Positions 60,988 through 64,000 of a stretch of DNA of 64,000 nt are shown piece by piece (within the stretch, counting starts at the first letter, position 1; each line of letters starts with the position of its first letter). A program made the translations under genes and the position numbers. The notes beneath the pieces are model-generated. The model did no database searches. It was not told where the DNA came from and was given only the letters and a program-made list of their open reading frames with translations. Origin of the DNA: the human T2T-CHM13v2.0 reference genome, Homo sapiens. Location: NCBI RefSeq assembly GCF_009914755.1, contig NC_060942.1; one strand, 5' to 3'.

Positions 60988-63900
60988 AAGAATAGTCTCC
61001 ATTATAGTATTTTTCTCTGCGACACACAGATGGAGGCTGTGGTGTAAGAGTTACACCTCTGTCATTCCTCCACTTTGTTCCGGGGAGCCCAGCCATCTGC
61101 ACTCAGGTCCTCAGGTGGATTTGCCCTTTGGTCGTCGGGCTGCACTGTGAGTTCTGAATCCCTGGCTCCCCAGCCGGACTCTTCAGTGCACAGCTGCCAC
61201 AGGCAACCTGGACGAATCCAGCCAGGCGGATAGAGCAGGGCTCACCTCGTCAAGGACTTTGCAGCCGCCTTAACTTTGAGTCTCCTTGCTTCTGTCAGGA
61301 GGTGCCACAACCTTAGACGTAGCTCTTGTTGGTGTTAATTATTTCCTTTTCATTTCCAGCTGGCACAGAGCTTTAGCACCTTAAGTTGCTCAATTTGATC
61401 TCTGCACTCAGGAACAAGGTAATTAAGTCAGCCACAATATAAGAAAACTCATCTGCCTCGACTTGTTGCCCGTCTTCAGACAGTGCTCCATCCTAAATCA
61501 TTTGATAATGTAAGAGGCTTGGTGCAGTTTTCTACTTGACTGAGGGTTAGTTCATTAGGTCACAATCAGTAATTGATTCTCAGTGTGTCTCTGCTGGTTT
61601 TATTACAGTAATGAGGACTGTCGGTTTTTTCATCTCCTCTAATATGTTACCCAAACCATCAGCTTCTCAGTTTGGTGTCAGGATGACTTTGACAGGTTGT
61701 TAGCAACTATATGATATACAGAACATCACAGAAATATCTCAAACTGTGTTGCTGTATACCACACAGAGCCTTAGGTGGTCCCGAAATAAGTGAAAGCACT
61801 TGCAAGGAAAAAGTTACAGCAGCAATTGAAAATATGACTACAGGCTTGATGTCCTAATGAAGAAGTTCTTTGCACTGCTGGATCTGTTTCGACACGCAGG
61901 GCAGATTTCGCAGGGTTGGGTGGCATCTGCAGCTCTCCTCCGGAATATTCCTGAACAGAAAAAGGAAGAGTGCCCCTCAAGAACAAAGCAGACATTATCA
62001 TTGCAAAAAGTTACACGTTCTTCATTCTCTCTGTGGAGCTCCTTTTAAAAAGTGAGCAATAATCTGCTATCTCTAAGCAATCTGATTTCCTCTTAATTTC
62101 TTTTCATCTTGAGCAGGGGAAATCCATGGTATGAAGGCCATGAGAGAGAAACGTAGTGTCATTTATTCTGCTTCTGCTGTGTTCCTGGATGACTTCAAAC
62201 GTAGAAAGCTGCAAGAGACAAAAGGGGGAAAAAGCATTTTATTTTTTTGATAGATATAATCAAAATATTACAATAAAATTGACCATTTGTTTTTATCTAA
62301 TGAACACATTTTAAAATTTAATTTTTCCCCCCAAGATTTTGGAGTGTTTTGAGGCTGAGGATTATACTCACCGGAGCAAGTACTGTTTGATGGTAACAGG
62401 AATTTTGAGTTCAGAATAGCTAGGAACCCTGGAATAATTCTCTGAGAATGAAACACCAAAGGCCACAAAGACAGTAATGTAGGATGCACTGGCTTCTCAA
62501 AGCCCTTACTAGCCTTGTATAAAGGATGATAGATAGAAGTCGAGTATATGCGAACTCTGAAATAAACTCTCTTTCTGAACCTTTTCAAAAAGAAGCAGCA
62601 CCAAAATAGTAGACCAGTTATAATGTTCCCCTAAAAACCAGAAGCCATGAGACCATTGGGCAAAGAACAAAGAGCTCAGGGGTTTGGCCTGACGGCCTCA
62701 AGAATGTGTTTTGTTACATGGTGGACACGGCTAACCGTTTTGCTGTCTAACTCACGAATGATGATCCTTGGAAGATGAGACTGTGAGATGTGTCCAAAGT
62801 TAGATTCACATGCATTGAGAAAAACATTTCTCCTACCCTGAGATTGCAGAGGAGGGACAGAGGCCTGGAGACAGCTCAGGGGTGGCTTTGCCTCACTGAC
62901 ATTGTGGGTGACATCGTTAGCCAGCTCCAGCACGCTGGCATGGCATCCAGAACTGCCACTTTAGCCCATGTTTGCAGCCTGATATTATGAAAATCTTTCA
63001 TCAACACTAAAAATAATATTTAGCAAGCCTCATCGATCCTTCTTTAAATAAAGCACCTATTTTAGGTGGAGGTTAGCAATTTTATTCATAGGATTAATTT
63101 CATCCTACAAACTGCTGTGCAATGTCTGACAAAAGATCTTTTTATAAATTCAACGTTGGAAAATAAGTCATAATCCCATCTGCTCCCTTCATTTCTCCCT
63201 GCTCTATAGAAGGCATGCAGCAATACAAGGTCTCCTGCAGGCCGAGACAGGTAGAACAGATATTAATAAATCACCAGCAAATATATAGATGAAGGTGACA
63301 GTGGCTATAAGAAATCAAATCATTACACTTGTTCTGCTGCTACACACTGAGGGACTAGTTCTTGGCATAGAACATGGACCCCAGAATATCTAAACTTCCA
63401 AATGTCCCCCAAGGCTTCCTGAGCTTCCAGGATCAACACTGTTCTGACCTCTGGCCTTCAACAGATGAAGCCCAAATTCTCCAAGAGAGGGCAAGTACAT
63501 GTGAAAACAAACAAGGTTTAGATTCTCAATCTCTGTATTCTGAGTTTTCACAATAGTTGAGTGTGGGCAACTTTGTTAAAAATAAAGAAAGAAGGAAAGA
63601 AAGGAACGAAGAAAATACGGTGAATTTAAAGCAGACGCTTAAATAAAACAATCAATTGCTATATAAAACCTGAGTTGAGCAAGATTTCTATTTGCCAGTC
63701 CTTAATTAGGTTTTGAAAGAAAGGGAATCCCTCCACCAAGTACTAAGAATATTTTGCTGCCTGCTGCTTTTTCTGGCAGAATCTTCCTGGTTTGTGGAAA
63801 GAGTGCTATTCTGACATTGGATGCTGCTGAGAATCGGGCAACAGTCTTAGTGAGGTGACCATCATCTGAGGAGGTATGAGGTTTGGAAGCATCACGGGGC

Positions 63901-64000
63901 CCTGGGCACATAGGCTCCCATGTTGCTCTGACATGAAACATTGACCAAATGTCTTGGCCTCCCTGTGCCTTGAGTCACAGTAAAGCTAGTCTCCTGACGA

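Overview
Primate, human-like non-coding genomic DNA (intronic or intergenic). I recognise no protein-coding exon, RNA gene or CRISPR array. The ORF track is explained by chance ORFs and by ORFs inside repeats. The window holds five Alus (low density), one complete THE1-type MaLR provirus (LTR-internal-LTR), several solo MLT/MST LTRs, hAT-Charlie DNA transposon fossils, many old MIR/L2/L3/L1M fragments and several microsatellites. Between these lie long repeat-free blocks with PBX-HOX, MEIS/TGIF, forkhead, NRF1 and ETS motifs, which suggests the enhancer landscape of a developmental gene; I cannot name the gene from sequence alone. Subfamily names come from remembered consensus sequences, and ends of old repeats are approximate. 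I found no convincing new biological system. The least explained features are a diverged ~55-bp tandem array at 33.1-33.4 kb, a tandem ETS-site array in a CpG-retaining promoter-like region at ~58 kb, a PBX-HOX/MEIS module at ~43 kb and an isolated 41-bp direct repeat 1.33 kb apart.
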